The position numbers and the translations under genes are program-made. The notes under the pieces are model-generated. The model searched no databases and had not been told where the DNA came from. It saw nothing but the letters and a program-made list of their open reading frames with translations. Shown one piece after another: positions 31,119-41,587 of a stretch of DNA of 64,000 nucleotides. This stretch comes from Streptomycetaceae bacterium (lineage in GTDB: Bacteria > Actinomycetota > Actinomycetes > Nanopelagicales > Nanopelagicaceae), in the NCBI GenBank assembly GCA_027483765.1, contig JAIXTW010000005.1, positions 11,821-75,820 on the forward strand, written 5' to 3'. Each line of letters starts with the position of its first letter. Within the stretch, counting starts at the first letter, position 1.

Positions 31119-32190
31119 GTAGCTTGCCTCCGCTCCGCGTGAAATAAATTGCAAACGAGAGCATCAAGCCGGCGACAATCGCAGATACCCAGAGTGGTTC
31201 AAATGCTGAAACCACGACCGGAAGTGCGATGGTTGCGGTCCACACATACATAATCAGCGCAGTACGCAAATGAGAATTTCCGGCACGCAATAATCGATGA
31301 TGGATATGCTCTTTATCTGAACTAAACGGTGATTGGCCGGCACGTACTCTGCGAATAATTGCCGAAAATAAATCAATCAGTGGAATTGCGAGAACTGCAA
31401 AAGGTAGCGCCAGTGGTAGCAGCGTAGGTCCCAGTTTTTCAGCCGAGATGGCATTCGGATCAATCTGGCCAGTCAGTGTGATGGCAGATGCAGCTAGCAA
31501 TAGACCAAGGAACATCGAGCCGGAATCACCCATAAATATCTTCGCCGGATGAGCATTGTGTGGCAAAAATCCAATACAGACACCGATTATTACCGCCGTT
31601 ATGAGTGATGGCGCACCCGCACGATTGAAGCCATAGACAACGGCGAGCAGGTAGGCGAAGGCGAAGAAGGCGGCGCCAGATATTGCAACAATGCCGGCCG
31701 CTAACCCATCTAGGCCATCGATAAAGTTCACCGCATTAATGGTGATGAGGACAATCAGAACAGTTACCAATTGACCAATGCTTGGTGGCAAGGTGATTAC
31801 GCCATTGATGGGTAACCACAAGACTTGGATACCAAAGATGAGCAAGATGCCAGCCGCCAAGGCTTGTCCAGCTAACTTTGTCAGAGCATCTAATTCAAAG
31901 CGATCATCGATAAGTCCGATTGCGACGAGCAAGGTGGCGGCAAGAAATATTCCGAGTGACTCGCGACCAAAAGATTTACCAACGAGTGATAAGTGATTAA
32001 CGATTGCAAAAGTAAGCGCCATCGCAATCCACATCGCCAGCCCACCCCAACGTGGCGTTGGAGTTGTATGAATATCGCGGCTACGAATTTTTGCTACTGC
32101 ACCACTTTTAATGGCCAAGGTCCGCACAAATGGAGTTACTACATAACAGAGCGCTGCCGCTATGAGCAGGGTTACTAAGTACTCACGCAT
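31099..32190 (-). CDS. wecA: Undecaprenyl/decaprenyl-phosphate GlcNAc-1-phosphate transferase (MraY/WecA family)
   Basis: IHTTPTPRWGG, GLIDD, NAVNFIDGLDGL, FMGDSGS, HIHHRL. Confidence 0.93.
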   Translation of the reverse strand: MREYLVTLLIAAALCYVVTPFVRTLAIKSGAVAKIRSRDIHTTPTPRWGGLAMWIAMALTFAIVNHLSLVGKSFGRESLGIFLAATLLVAIGLIDDRFELDALTKLAGQALAAGILLIFGIQVLWLPINGVITLPPSIGQLVTVLIVLITINAVNFIDGLDGLAAGIVAISGAAFFAFAYLLAVVYGFNRAGAPSLITAVIIGVCIGFLPHNAHPAKIFMGDSGSMFLGLLLAASAITLTGQIDPNAISAEKLGPTLLPLALPFAVLAIPLIDLFSAIIRRVRAGQSPFSSDKEHIHHRLLRAGNSHLRTALIMYVWTATIALPVVVSAFEPLWVSAIVAGLMLSFAIYFTRSGGKLREKSAL

Positions 32191-32204
32191 TGCAGTGGGT
32201 TTAC

Positions 32205-33467
32205 TTATGCCTCGTAGATAGGAAAACGTGCAGTCAGAGCATGCACGTCAGATTTAATTGCAGCATGTTCTTTTGCATCATCTGTCTTAATTGCACGCGC
32301 AATAAGTGATGCGATTGTCTGCATCTCTGCGGTGCCCATGCCCTGGGTTGTAGTCGCTGGAGTTCCCACACGAATACCTGAAGTCACTGATGGCGCTTCT
32401 GGATCGTAAGGAATCGAATTCTTATTGAGGACTATGCCGGCTGCTCCGCAACGCTCATCCGCCACTTTTCCATTGACTCCGGTGGCGCGAATATCAATCA
32501 GCGCCAAGTGGGTCTGAGTACCGCCAGATACTGCGCGCATACCTTCGCCTTCCAACGCTTTCGCCAGTGACTGCGCATTAACGATGACATCCTTTGCATA
32601 CTTTTGGTAAGCAGGTGTTGCACACTCTGCGAGCGCGACCGCCTTGCCAGCAACTGCCGACATGATTGGGCCACCTTGCATACCTGGAAAGACCGCCTTA
32701 TCAATTGCCGCCGCATGCTCAGCCTTGCTTAGGATCATGCCGCCACGAGGACCGCGCAATACTTTATGAGTAGTAAAGGAAACAACATCGGCATACGGAA
32801 CTGGTGAAGGAATTGCCTTGCCGGCAACCAGGCCAATGAAGTGCGCGGCATCTACCCACATGATTGCGCCTACTTCATCGCAAATTGCGCGCACCTTTTC
32901 GAAGTCAATTAAAGAAGGATAAGCAGTTGCACCAGAACAGATCATCTTTGGCTTATTGGCAATAGCTAAGTCGCGCAGCTCGTCGTAATCAATGAGCTCG
33001 TTATCTTGGCGGACTCCGTAAGAGACGACGTTAAACCACTTTCCAGAAAAGTTAACTTTGGAACCATGTGTGAGGTGTCCTCCGTGTGGAAGTGACATCG
33101 CTAGGACGGTATCTCCCGGCTTGGTAAATGCCTGGTAGACCGCAATATTTGCACTAGCTCCTGAGTGCGGCTGAACATTTGCATGCTCTGCACCAAAGAG
33201 AGATTGTGCGCGCTCAATTGCAATGACTTCAGCCTTATCAACTTCTTCACAGCCGCCGTAATATCGCTTGCCTGGATAACCTTCGGCGTATTTATTCGAC
33301 AGCGTTGAACCCAGAGTGGCAAGGACTGCGCGCGATGTGAAGTTCTCAGATGCAATCAGTTGCAGATTGGTCTGTTGGCGCTTGAGTTCAGAGAGCAGCA
33401 CCGCTGCAATATCTGGATCTTCCTTGGAGAGAAGAGTGAAATCTGGGCCATAGAAGGTTTCGGACAT
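32205..33467 (-). CDS. glyA: Serine hydroxymethyltransferase
   Basis: LIASENF, NKYAEGYPGKRYY, TTHKVLRGPRGG. Confidence 0.98.
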   Translation of the reverse strand: MSETFYGPDFTLLSKEDPDIAAVLLSELKRQQTNLQLIASENFTSRAVLATLGSTLSNKYAEGYPGKRYYGGCEEVDKAEVIAIERAQSLFGAEHANVQPHSGASANIAVYQAFTKPGDTVLAMSLPHGGHLTHGSKVNFSGKWFNVVSYGVRQDNELIDYDELRDLAIANKPKMICSGATAYPSLIDFEKVRAICDEVGAIMWVDAAHFIGLVAGKAIPSPVPYADVVSFTTHKVLRGPRGGMILSKAEHAAAIDKAVFPGMQGGPIMSAVAGKAVALAECATPAYQKYAKDVIVNAQSLAKALEGEGMRAVSGGTQTHLALIDIRATGVNGKVADERCGAAGIVLNKNSIPYDPEAPSVTSGIRVGTPATTTQGMGTAEMQTIASLIARAIKTDDAKEHAAIKSDVHALTARFPIYEA

Positions 33468-33477
33468 GGGCGTCAGC

Positions 33478-34143
33478 CTAATAGTTCTCGGCAGATTGTG
33501 ACTCCCCAGAAACGCTGGGAGCGATTTTTCTCACCTGCGCGCTCGAGATTGCGCCTTCACGAACGATATGAAGTGCGTCGTTTCGCTGCTCAATCACGGT
33601 TGAGGGTTTGCCTGCTTTCAGCGCCCCGTTATCAAATACCGTCGCCACATCCCAGCCCTTGATTGCACTTCTATCAATTTTTAACAGTGGACCAGCTCCG
33701 GCAGGTGCGGCACTTGCTGCTGCAAGTGGACCAGACTCTTTCAGAAGTGCTCGCAGAAAACGAACTTTTGGAACTCTGATGCTGATCAAGTCAAGTGAAT
33801 TATCATCACCGAGATCCCAATTCAATCCGCGGTTTGGTCGCAGATTAAGTGAGAGCAGTCCTGGCCAAAATTCGTCCATCAACAATTGTGCATCCGCTGG
33901 AACATCGCGAGTGATTCCGGAAACTGTCTGAGCTGAATGACAGAGAACTTGGGCAGAGACTCCTAGCTCATCGCCGCGCAATACATGCATCGCACGCACT
34001 GCAAAATGTGAGAATGCATCTGCTACATAGAGGTATCCATGTTCTGCTGGGAGAACGATGACATAACCATCGCGAATGAGTTTGAGTGCTTTCGCTACCT
34101 GATTCTTTACTTCACCTTGCTTTAGATCAACACGTGGAGCCAT
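33478..34143 (-). CDS. tsaC: YrdC/Sua5 (TsaC/YwlC) family protein with degenerate catalytic motifs
   Basis: Syntenic position after prmC and fold motifs (ADAF, FWPG, WDLG, IRVP, PSTV, REGAI) are retained; KGR and SAN are replaced. Confidence 0.8.
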   Translation of the reverse strand: MAPRVDLKQGEVKNQVAKALKLIRDGYVIVLPAEHGYLYVADAFSHFAVRAMHVLRGDELGVSAQVLCHSAQTVSGITRDVPADAQLLMDEFWPGLLSLNLRPNRGLNWDLGDDNSLDLISIRVPKVRFLRALLKESGPLAAASAAPAGAGPLLKIDRSAIKGWDVATVFDNGALKAGKPSTVIEQRNDALHIVREGAISSAQVRKIAPSVSGESQSAENY

Positions 34144-34145
34144 CG

Positions 34146-35015
34146 TTATCTCCTCACCGCGGTGGTAAAGCGCGGACGTCCAGTTAGATCGTGGTGAAGC
34201 GCAATATCTTCAAACTCTACTCCGAGTACGGCAGCTATCTCAATACCTTGATTTTCGTGATGCTCCAGTGCCAAAAATCCACCTGGTTTTAAAAGGCGCG
34301 CTGCGGCGGCAATAAAAAGTCGCGGCACCTTCATTCCATCTGCGCCCCCAAAGAGTGCAATGGCCGGCTCGTGCTCGCGCACATCAACTGGTAACTCTTG
34401 GCCATCTGGAATATATGGCGGGTTAGCAATAACGACATCACACTTCACGCCTTCCAGAGCGATTGCAACATCTGATTCCACGATGCGCACCTTCTCATCA
34501 ATAAAGGAAACGTTCTCCTTAAGCCAGTAAATAGCTTGCGCACTCTGCTCCACCGCAATCACATGTGTGTTGGGCGCTTCGGTAGCAACTGCAAGTGCCA
34601 GCGCCCCGGAACCCGCGCCCAGATCTACAACACTCACCGCACTCATCATCTTCTCTTTATTCATCCGGTCGATATGTGTCAGAACTGATTCAACGAGTAA
34701 TTCACTTTCAGGCCGCGGCACCAGAACTCCGGGTCCCACTTTGATCTCTAAATGTCTGAAGTATGCAACGCCAGTGAGATATTGCAGTGGCTCGTGGGCG
34801 CATCGGCGATCGAGTAATTTCCAGAATGTTTCTTCTACAACTGACATGTCGCCTATTGCGGCGAGTGCGTTTTCGACGGTAAGTGGGTTGTGTAGATCCA
34901 TCCGAGTAAGACCAAGGGTGTGCGCCAGTAAATGCTCAGCTTCTACTTCTGCAAATCCAGCAGCCGCTAACTGCTCTTTACCGCCTCGTAAGAATTCTTT
35001 GAAGGTAAGTTCCAT
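34146..35015 (-). CDS. prmC: Release factor glutamine methyltransferase
   Basis: EPLQYLTG, LVPRPESE, DLGAGSG, NPPY. Confidence 0.96.
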   Translation of the reverse strand: MELTFKEFLRGGKEQLAAAGFAEVEAEHLLAHTLGLTRMDLHNPLTVENALAAIGDMSVVEETFWKLLDRRCAHEPLQYLTGVAYFRHLEIKVGPGVLVPRPESELLVESVLTHIDRMNKEKMMSAVSVVDLGAGSGALALAVATEAPNTHVIAVEQSAQAIYWLKENVSFIDEKVRIVESDVAIALEGVKCDVVIANPPYIPDGQELPVDVREHEPAIALFGGADGMKVPRLFIAAAARLLKPGGFLALEHHENQGIEIAAVLGVEFEDIALHHDLTGRPRFTTAVRR

Positions 35016-35032
35016 AGTTGTGCGGCTCTGTC

Positions 35033-36115
35033 TTAGTTGGTCGAAGAAAGCTTTGCTGCTCTGTCGGCATCGAGTAAGGCCTGCACAACTTCATCTAGCT
35101 CACCATTGAGTACTGCATCGAGATTATTTGCCTTGTAGTTGACGCGGTGATCACTGAGGCGATTTTCTGGGTAGTTATATGTGCGAATTCGCTCGGAACG
35201 ATCAACGGTGCGCACCTGGCTCTTACGCTCGGCCATCGCCGCAGCTTCTGCTTTTTCTTGCGCATCTGCCAATAGGCGTGCGCGCAAAATACGTAGCGCA
35301 GACTCCTTATTCTGAAGTTGAGATTTTTCGTTCTGACAGGAAACGACAATGCCCGTTGGGACGTGCGTAAGTCGCACGGCAGAGTCAGTGGTATTTACTG
35401 ACTGTCCACCAGGGCCTGATGAGCGATACACATCGACCCGAACATCATTCATATTGAGCTCAACATCTACTTCTTCCGCTTCCGGCAAGACAAGTACGCC
35501 GGCTGCAGATGTGTGAATTCGCCCTTGGCTCTCTGTCTCTGGAACGCGCTGCACGCGGTGTACACCACCTTCAAATTTAAGTCGTGCATAAGGAGTTGTT
35601 CCGGGTTCTGGTGTTCCCTTTGATTTCACAGCCATCGAAATATCTTTATATCCACCGAGTTCAGATTCGGTCATATCGATAATTTCAATTTTCCAGCCGC
35701 GCTTTTCGGCATATCGCTGATACATGCGAACTAAATCTCCAGCGAAGAGTGCAGATTCATCGCCACCTGCACCGGCCTTTACTTCGATAATGACATCACG
35801 ATCATCGTTAGGATCACGTGGAAGCAATAACTCTTCTAACTTCTCGGCGGCAGCTTCCACAGCTGCTTCCATGGCAGGAATTTCAGATGCGAAAGATGTG
35901 TCTTCTGCCGCCATCTCTTTCGCTGCCTCAAGATCATCTGCGGCGGATTTCCATGCGTTAAATCCGGCAACAACAGGGCCGAGCTGCGCATAGCGACGTC
36001 CTAATTTGCGGGCGTTACCTTGATCTTCATGGATAGAGGGGTCGGCCATCTTTGTTTCGAGTTCTTGATACTCGCGCACCATCTCATGTGCTGATGCAAA
36101 GCGATCGTTACTCAT
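35033..36115 (-). CDS. prfA: Peptide chain release factor 1
   Basis: VPET (PxT) motif, GGQ, IRTYNY. Confidence 0.98.
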   Translation of the reverse strand: MSNDRFASAHEMVREYQELETKMADPSIHEDQGNARKLGRRYAQLGPVVAGFNAWKSAADDLEAAKEMAAEDTSFASEIPAMEAAVEAAAEKLEELLLPRDPNDDRDVIIEVKAGAGGDESALFAGDLVRMYQRYAEKRGWKIEIIDMTESELGGYKDISMAVKSKGTPEPGTTPYARLKFEGGVHRVQRVPETESQGRIHTSAAGVLVLPEAEEVDVELNMNDVRVDVYRSSGPGGQSVNTTDSAVRLTHVPTGIVVSCQNEKSQLQNKESALRILRARLLADAQEKAEAAAMAERKSQVRTVDRSERIRTYNYPENRLSDHRVNYKANNLDAVLNGELDEVVQALLDADRAAKLSSTN

Positions 36116-36130
36116 ATGACTTCCCCTTTC

Positions 36131-36156
36131 TATCTAGATCTATTTATCTAGATCTA
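36131..36156. repeat. Direct repeat TATCTAGATCTA x2 (14-bp period) upstream of prfA
   Basis: Copies at 36131-36142 and 36145-36156. Confidence 0.85.
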
Positions 36157-36170
36157 CTAATGGTGCGAGA

Positions 36171-36217
36171 AATAAAAAGACCGCGCCGCAACCTTTCGGC
36201 TGCGATGCGGTCTCTTT
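36171..36217 (-). terminator. Intrinsic terminator after rpmE
   Basis: Minus-strand GACCGC-ATCGCAGCC-GAAA-GGTTGCGGC-GCGGTC followed by TTTTTATT. Confidence 0.88.
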
Positions 36218-36223
36218 GAAAAG

Positions 36224-36439
36224 CTAGTTAGCTGCTTTTTTTCCGAAGCGCTCTTCGAACTTAGCGACGCGTCCACCAGTATCGAGAATGCGCTGCTTAC
36301 CTGTGTAGAACGGGTGACAGACTGAGCAAACTTCTACGTAGATAGATCCGCTGGCAACTGTTGAGCGGGTGACAAACTTTTCGCCGCAACCACAAGTTAC
36401 TTGGGTCTCTTTATATTCTGGGTGGATATCTTTCTTCAT
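36224..36439 (-). CDS. rpmE: 50S ribosomal protein L31, zinc-binding type A
   Basis: [25 protein letters not shown]; second ATG chosen for RBS spacing. Confidence 0.97.
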   Translation of the reverse strand: MKKDIHPEYKETQVTCGCGEKFVTRSTVASGSIYVEVCSVCHPFYTGKQRILDTGGRVAKFEERFGKKAAN

Positions 36440-36445
36440 CTTCAT

Positions 36446-36510
36446 TTCCTTTTCTATGGCTGGGTCCGTGATTAACGGTGAACCAGTTCATCGCCATGGG
36501 GTGGCAATAG
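36446..36510 (-). ncRNA. Candidate structured L31 leader
   Basis: Minus-strand CTGG-TTCA-CCG-TTAATCA-CGG-AC-CCAG stem just 5' of the RBS, with a GCCA/TGGC hairpin further upstream; structured L31 leader candidates are described in Actinobacteria. Confidence 0.5.
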
Positions 36511-36566
36511 GGGCCAATCTTCTCGTAAAAGCAGTAATCCACAAAATCCACGCGGGAAAGTGAGGC

Positions 36567-36596
36567 TACTTGCTGTCGTCTTACTTGCTGTCGTCT
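36567..36596. repeat. Exact 15-bp tandem duplication of the rho 3' end (TACTTGCTGTCGTCT x2)
   Basis: Minus strand reads GAC GAC AGC AAG TAA GAC GAC AGC AAG TAG. Confidence 0.95.
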
Positions 36597-38152
36597 GGTC
36601 CTGATGTTGTCTTTTGAATCTGCATCAAGAATTCAACGTTGGACTTTGTGCCCTTCATCTTCTCAAGTAAGAGTTCCAGCGCTGCCTGTGGTTCGAGTGC
36701 ATGCAGAACGCGGCGAAGTTTCCAAACAATATTTAGCTCTTCAGTTCCCATCAGAATTTCTTCTTTACGAGTACCAGATGCAACAACGTTCACTGCCGGG
36801 AAGATTCGCTTATCAGCCATTCTGCGATCGAGGATGAGCTCCATATTTCCGGTGCCCTTAAACTCTTCGAAGATAACTTCATCCATACGAGATCCGGTAT
36901 CAACAAGTGCGGTTGCAAGGATGGTCAACGATCCACCGTCTTCAATATTACGAGCGGCACCGAAGAACTTCTTTGGTGGATAGAGCGCTGCCGAATCAAC
37001 ACCACCAGAAAGAATGCGGCCAGAGGCTGGAGCTGCGATGTTGTATGCGCGACCTAGACGTGTGATTGAGTCGAGTAGAACTACAACATCATGGCCCATT
37101 TCAACGAGACGCTTTGCACGTTCAATTGCTAGCTCTGCAATTGTGGTGTGGTCATCTGCTGGACGATCGAAAGTTGAAGCAATAACTTCACCCTTGACGC
37201 TGCGCTGCATATCAGTAACTTCTTCTGGACGTTCATCGACAAGAACAACCATCAAGTGACACTCAGGGTTGTTTGTTGTAATTGCATTAGCAATTGACTG
37301 CAAGACCATGGTCTTACCAGCCTTAGGCGGCGAAACAATAAGTCCGCGTTGTCCCTTACCGATAGGCGCAATTAAATCGATGACGCGAGTTGTCAGAATG
37401 TTTGGCTCGGTTTCCAGGCGAAGACGCTCTTGCGGATAAAGCGGAACAAGCTTTCCAAATTCAACACGGTTACGTGCCTCCTCGTAAGGGGCGCCATTGA
37501 TTGTTTCAAGAGTGATGAGTGGGTTGTACTTCTGGCGAGTTTCACCTTCACGTGCCTGGCGTACTTGTCCGGTGACAACGTCTCCTTTGCGAAGGCCGTA
37601 CTTTCGTACCTGCCCCTGTGAAACGTAAACATCATTTGGCCCAGGCAGGTATCCGCCGGTACGAATAAATGAGTAGTTATCCATGATGTCTACAAGTCCA
37701 CCAACAGGAACTAGCACATCATCTTCACCAATTACCGGTTCGCGCTCTTCTCGGTTTCCACGGTCGCGGTTGCGATCACGGCCACGGTTGCGATCACGGC
37801 CACGGTTGCGGCCACCACGATCGTCACGATCGCCGGAATTTCGGTCTTGCGCAGAGCTGTTATCTGATGAATCGTCATCGCTATCGTCATCATCTGCACT
37901 ATTTGAATTATCGGAATTCTTAGCATCGCGGTTGTTCTTCTTCGCATTACGAGCTTCACGACGAGCTTCACGCTCAGCCTTAGCTGCTTCGCGGTTTGCT
38001 GCCTGGAGATCTGCGATGGCTGTTACTAACGCATCCTTTTTTAGCTTTGCGGCGTTATCAATACCGAGTTGAGACGCAACTTCCTTTAACTTAGGAAGGG
38101 TCATCGCTGAAAGCTCTGGACTGCTAGAACGGATTGGTTCTGTTGTTGTCAT
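36581..38152 (-). CDS. rho: Transcription termination factor Rho with a polar N-terminal insertion
   Basis: SPPKAGKT, LLDSITRL, FFGAARN, EEFKGTGNME. Confidence 0.98.
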   Translation of the reverse strand: MTTTEPIRSSSPELSAMTLPKLKEVASQLGIDNAAKLKKDALVTAIADLQAANREAAKAEREARREARNAKKNNRDAKNSDNSNSADDDDSDDDSSDNSSAQDRNSGDRDDRGGRNRGRDRNRGRDRNRDRGNREEREPVIGEDDVLVPVGGLVDIMDNYSFIRTGGYLPGPNDVYVSQGQVRKYGLRKGDVVTGQVRQAREGETRQKYNPLITLETINGAPYEEARNRVEFGKLVPLYPQERLRLETEPNILTTRVIDLIAPIGKGQRGLIVSPPKAGKTMVLQSIANAITTNNPECHLMVVLVDERPEEVTDMQRSVKGEVIASTFDRPADDHTTIAELAIERAKRLVEMGHDVVVLLDSITRLGRAYNIAAPASGRILSGGVDSAALYPPKKFFGAARNIEDGGSLTILATALVDTGSRMDEVIFEEFKGTGNMELILDRRMADKRIFPAVNVVASGTRKEEILMGTEELNIVWKLRRVLHALEPQAALELLLEKMKGTKSNVEFLMQIQKTTSGPDDSK

Positions 38153-38269
38153 GTATTTCTTTTCAGTTTGGGGCTTACCTATATAAGTGAAACCCAGGGT
38201 TATTTTTTATTCTTGGATTTATCAATTCTTACTCTGCCCTTACTTACCGGGTCGAACTGATATCCAAAA

Positions 38270-39196
38270 CTATAGCAGGCTGGCTCCACGAGAAGCAATT
38301 TCGAGCGATTTACCTTCAAATTTGGCTCCCCCAGCACGGCCAAGTTGTTCACTCTCTTCTTGATTACCAGTGTGCAACGCCATCACTGTGGGCCCTGCGC
38401 CAGAGATAAATGCTGCCACTCCAGCAGCGCGAAGCTTTGTCATCAGCGCAAAAGAAGCTGGCATCGCTTCACTGCGATAAGACTGATGTAAGAAATCTTC
38501 AGTAGCTGTAAACAAAAGATCTGGGCGAATAGTCAGAGCGTGCATGAGCAGAGCGGTGTGAGTGCTGTTGCGCTGCGCGTCGGCAAATGGAATTGATGCA
38601 GGTAGCAGGGTGCGCGCTTTTTTTGTTGCCAGCGAATTGCTAGGTATAAATGCCATCGCGCGAATGCGAGGATCTACCGGAATTTGAATTGAGTGAGCAA
38701 CTTCTTTTTCATTACTTGAACCAGTCCAGGCGACAGTTGCTCCACCAAAAAGTGCAGCTGCAACATTATCCGGATGGCCTTCCATCTGTGTTGCAAGATC
38801 TAAGAGTGCGTCATCGCTCATTTTATCGGTGCCAGTAAGCACAAGTGCTCGAGCAAGTACTAGGCCACCAATAATTGCAGAAGCCGAAGAACCGAGACCA
38901 CGACCATGAGGAATTACATTGAGTGCACGCACCGCAATGCCTTTCGGCTTTCCACCTAAGAAATCAAAACCTTTGTACATCGCTTTAACAAGCAAGTTCT
39001 TATCTGTCAGAGGCACATCTGCAGCGCCCTCGCCGGTGACATCGATGTCAAGACCTGGCTCATCAAGAACTTGTGCGACATAGCGATCGTGCAGCGCAAA
39101 AGCCAAGCCGAATGAATCAAAGCCAGGACCCAAGTTGGCAGATGTTGCTGGAACTTGAACCTGAATTGGATTCGCTTTAAATGTTGGTTTCGCCAT
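38270..39196 (-). CDS. thrB: Homoserine kinase
   Basis: PATSANLGPGFD, PHGRGLGSSA, EGHPDN, SGAGPT. Confidence 0.97.
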   Translation of the reverse strand: MAKPTFKANPIQVQVPATSANLGPGFDSFGLAFALHDRYVAQVLDEPGLDIDVTGEGAADVPLTDKNLLVKAMYKGFDFLGGKPKGIAVRALNVIPHGRGLGSSASAIIGGLVLARALVLTGTDKMSDDALLDLATQMEGHPDNVAAALFGGATVAWTGSSNEKEVAHSIQIPVDPRIRAMAFIPSNSLATKKARTLLPASIPFADAQRNSTHTALLMHALTIRPDLLFTATEDFLHQSYRSEAMPASFALMTKLRAAGVAAFISGAGPTVMALHTGNQEESEQLGRAGGAKFEGKSLEIASRGASLL

Positions 39197-39199
39197 GAG

Positions 39200-40288
39200 T
39201 TACTTCTTTACCAAGCCAAGCGCTTTTGCGGCAGCATCGGCATTAACTGGGACCACAACAGGATCTGAAGCTCCTTCAAGTGCCCATGGAATATCTTTAA
39301 GGCCATTACCTGTGCAGGTAATAACAATTGTTTTATCTTTCGGTAATTTTCCAGCGTTCTTATATTTAAAGAGCCCAGCTAAGCCAGCAGCAGAAGATGG
39401 CTCGCAGAAGATTCCTTCGCGTGCAGCTAACAAGTGATAGGCGGCGAGAATTTCCTCATCAGTGACTGAATCAATCAGCCCGCCAGATTCATCACGCGCA
39501 GCAATCGCTTGATCCCACGATGCCGGATTACCGATTCTGATCGCGGTCGCAATTGTTTCAGGTTTAGCAACCGGTGTTCCGATCACAAGGGGCGCCGACC
39601 CTGCTGCTTGGAATCCCCACATTTGTGGCAACTTCGATGAAATCTTGTCGTTGCGATACTCGTTATAGCCCTTCCAGTAAGCCGTGATATTTCCAGCGTT
39701 ACCTACTGGCATTGTGTGAATATCTGGTGCATCACCCAACATATCTACAACTTCAAATGCGGCTGTCTTTTGACCTTCGATGCGATAGGGGTTAATCGAA
39801 TTCACAAGTGATACTGGGTAGTGCTCAGATAAATCGCGCGCTAAGACAAGGCAGTCATCAAAGTTTCCATCGACTTGTAGCAACTTCGCGCCATGCACAA
39901 CTGCTTGCGCTAGTTTGCCAAGTGCAATCTTGCCCTCTGGAATCAGAACTGCCGGAACCATGCCGGCTTTAACCGCGTAAGCAGCGGCAGCGGCAGATGT
40001 ATTTCCAGTTGATGCACAAATAACGGCTTGCGCTCCATCTTCAGCTGCCTTTGAAATCGCCATTGTCATTCCGCGATCCTTAAAAGAACCAGTTGGGTTA
40101 ATTCCTTCAAACTTTACCCAGACGTTATTGCCAAGCATTTCAGAGAGTACGCAGGCATAGATAAGTGGAGTTCCACCTTCGCGCAGAGTGACAACTGGGG
40201 TTTTGGCAGTGACGGGTAAGCGATGCCGGTACTCCTCAATGACACCGCGCCACTGATGCGCACCAGATTTCTTAGAAAAGATTCCCAT
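39200..40288 (-). CDS. thrC: Threonine synthase
   Basis: [27 protein letters not shown]. Confidence 0.97.
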   Translation of the reverse strand: MGIFSKKSGAHQWRGVIEEYRHRLPVTAKTPVVTLREGGTPLIYACVLSEMLGNNVWVKFEGINPTGSFKDRGMTMAISKAAEDGAQAVICASTGNTSAAAAAYAVKAGMVPAVLIPEGKIALGKLAQAVVHGAKLLQVDGNFDDCLVLARDLSEHYPVSLVNSINPYRIEGQKTAAFEVVDMLGDAPDIHTMPVGNAGNITAYWKGYNEYRNDKISSKLPQMWGFQAAGSAPLVIGTPVAKPETIATAIRIGNPASWDQAIAARDESGGLIDSVTDEEILAAYHLLAAREGIFCEPSSAAGLAGLFKYKNAGKLPKDKTIVITCTGNGLKDIPWALEGASDPVVVPVNADAAAKALGLVKK

Positions 40289-41583
40289 TACGAGATCGCT
40301 CCTTCAACCCGGATAACGCTAGAAATCTTGGTGACCATCGCCATCTTCTTCAGCGCTTCGACAGTTGCTTTGAGTTCACCTTCGGTGGCTCGGTGCGTAA
40401 CGATAATCAGTTCAGCATCATCGTGGCGGCCATTCTGGTCGACAGTTTGAATCGATACTCCTTGGTCTGCAAAGACCTGGGCAATGGCAGCCAAAACACC
40501 TGATTTATCTTGCACTTCTAAGCGAATAAGAAACTTTGTCTTAGTTGTTTCAATCGGTGCGATATCGCGATCTGCATAATCAGTCTCGCGTTGGCCAATT
40601 GAGTTCAGCGCGATGTGACGAGAAACCGCGACGATATCTCCCAAAATTGCCGATGCAGTTGGTTGACCACCTGCGCCGCGACCATAGAACATCAGTGGTC
40701 CAGCTGATTCTGCCTCGATAAAGACAGCGTTAAAGGCATCGCGAACAGAGGCCAGTGGGTGGCTCTTATCTATCATGACAGGATGAACACGGACTGAAAT
40801 TTCATCAGCCGGTGTGAGTTCTGCAATCGCCAATAACTTAATGACGTGATCCATTGATTTAGCAATCGCGACATCTTCCAAAGTAATTTTGGAGATACCT
40901 TCACGATAAACATCATCAACTGTGACACGTGTGTGAAAAGCCAAGCCAGATAAAATTGCAGCTTTTGCCGCAGCGTCAAAGCCTTCTATATCTGCAGTCG
41001 GATCAGCTTCGGCATAACCAAGAGCTTGCGCCTCTTTGAGAACATCGGCGAACTCCCGATTATCTTCATGCATCTTTGTCAGAATGTAATTTGTAGTGCC
41101 ATTAACAATTCCCATCAGACGGGTAACAAAGTCACCTGCTAGTGAATCGCGCAATGGGCGAATAATTGGAATTGCTCCTGCAACTGCAGCTTCGTAATAA
41201 ATATCCTCACCCTTTGCATAAGCAGCAGTGAAGAGGTCTGCGCCGTGGCTGGCAAGAAGTGCTTTGTTAGCAGTCACGATTGATTTGCGGTTATCGATTG
41301 CCTTCATGATGAGTTCCCGAGCAGGTTCAATTCCGCCCATGACCTCAACAATGAGATCAATCTCTGGATCATTAACAATCGAGAATGGATCGGTTGTAAA
41401 TAGTGCAGGATCTAAACCTGGATAAGGCTTCAGTGTGCGCACAGCGATACGAGTCAGCTCAATCTTTACACCAGCACGAGTGGATAGCTCAGCAGTATCT
41501 TCAAGTAGCAGCCTGGCAACCTGGCTGCCGACAACACCGCAGCCGAGCATGCCGACGCGAACGGGTTTATCTGCTGGGCTCAT
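40288..41583 (-). CDS. hom: Homoserine dehydrogenase with ACT domain
   Basis: [33 protein letters not shown]. Confidence 0.97.
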   Translation of the reverse strand: MSPADKPVRVGMLGCGVVGSQVARLLLEDTAELSTRAGVKIELTRIAVRTLKPYPGLDPALFTTDPFSIVNDPEIDLIVEVMGGIEPARELIMKAIDNRKSIVTANKALLASHGADLFTAAYAKGEDIYYEAAVAGAIPIIRPLRDSLAGDFVTRLMGIVNGTTNYILTKMHEDNREFADVLKEAQALGYAEADPTADIEGFDAAAKAAILSGLAFHTRVTVDDVYREGISKITLEDVAIAKSMDHVIKLLAIAELTPADEISVRVHPVMIDKSHPLASVRDAFNAVFIEAESAGPLMFYGRGAGGQPTASAILGDIVAVSRHIALNSIGQRETDYADRDIAPIETTKTKFLIRLEVQDKSGVLAAIAQVFADQGVSIQTVDQNGRHDDAELIIVTHRATEGELKATVEALKKMAMVTKISSVIRVEGAIS

Positions 41584-41587
41584 CTGC

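Noticed and set aside
34567-35109. 180-aa plus-strand ORF
   Set aside because: Antisense to prmC and prfA, with no recognisable motifs.
37740-37990. RDRNRG repeats and Asp/Ser-rich tract in Rho
   Set aside because: Polar low-complexity N-terminal insertions are a known feature of actinobacterial Rho.
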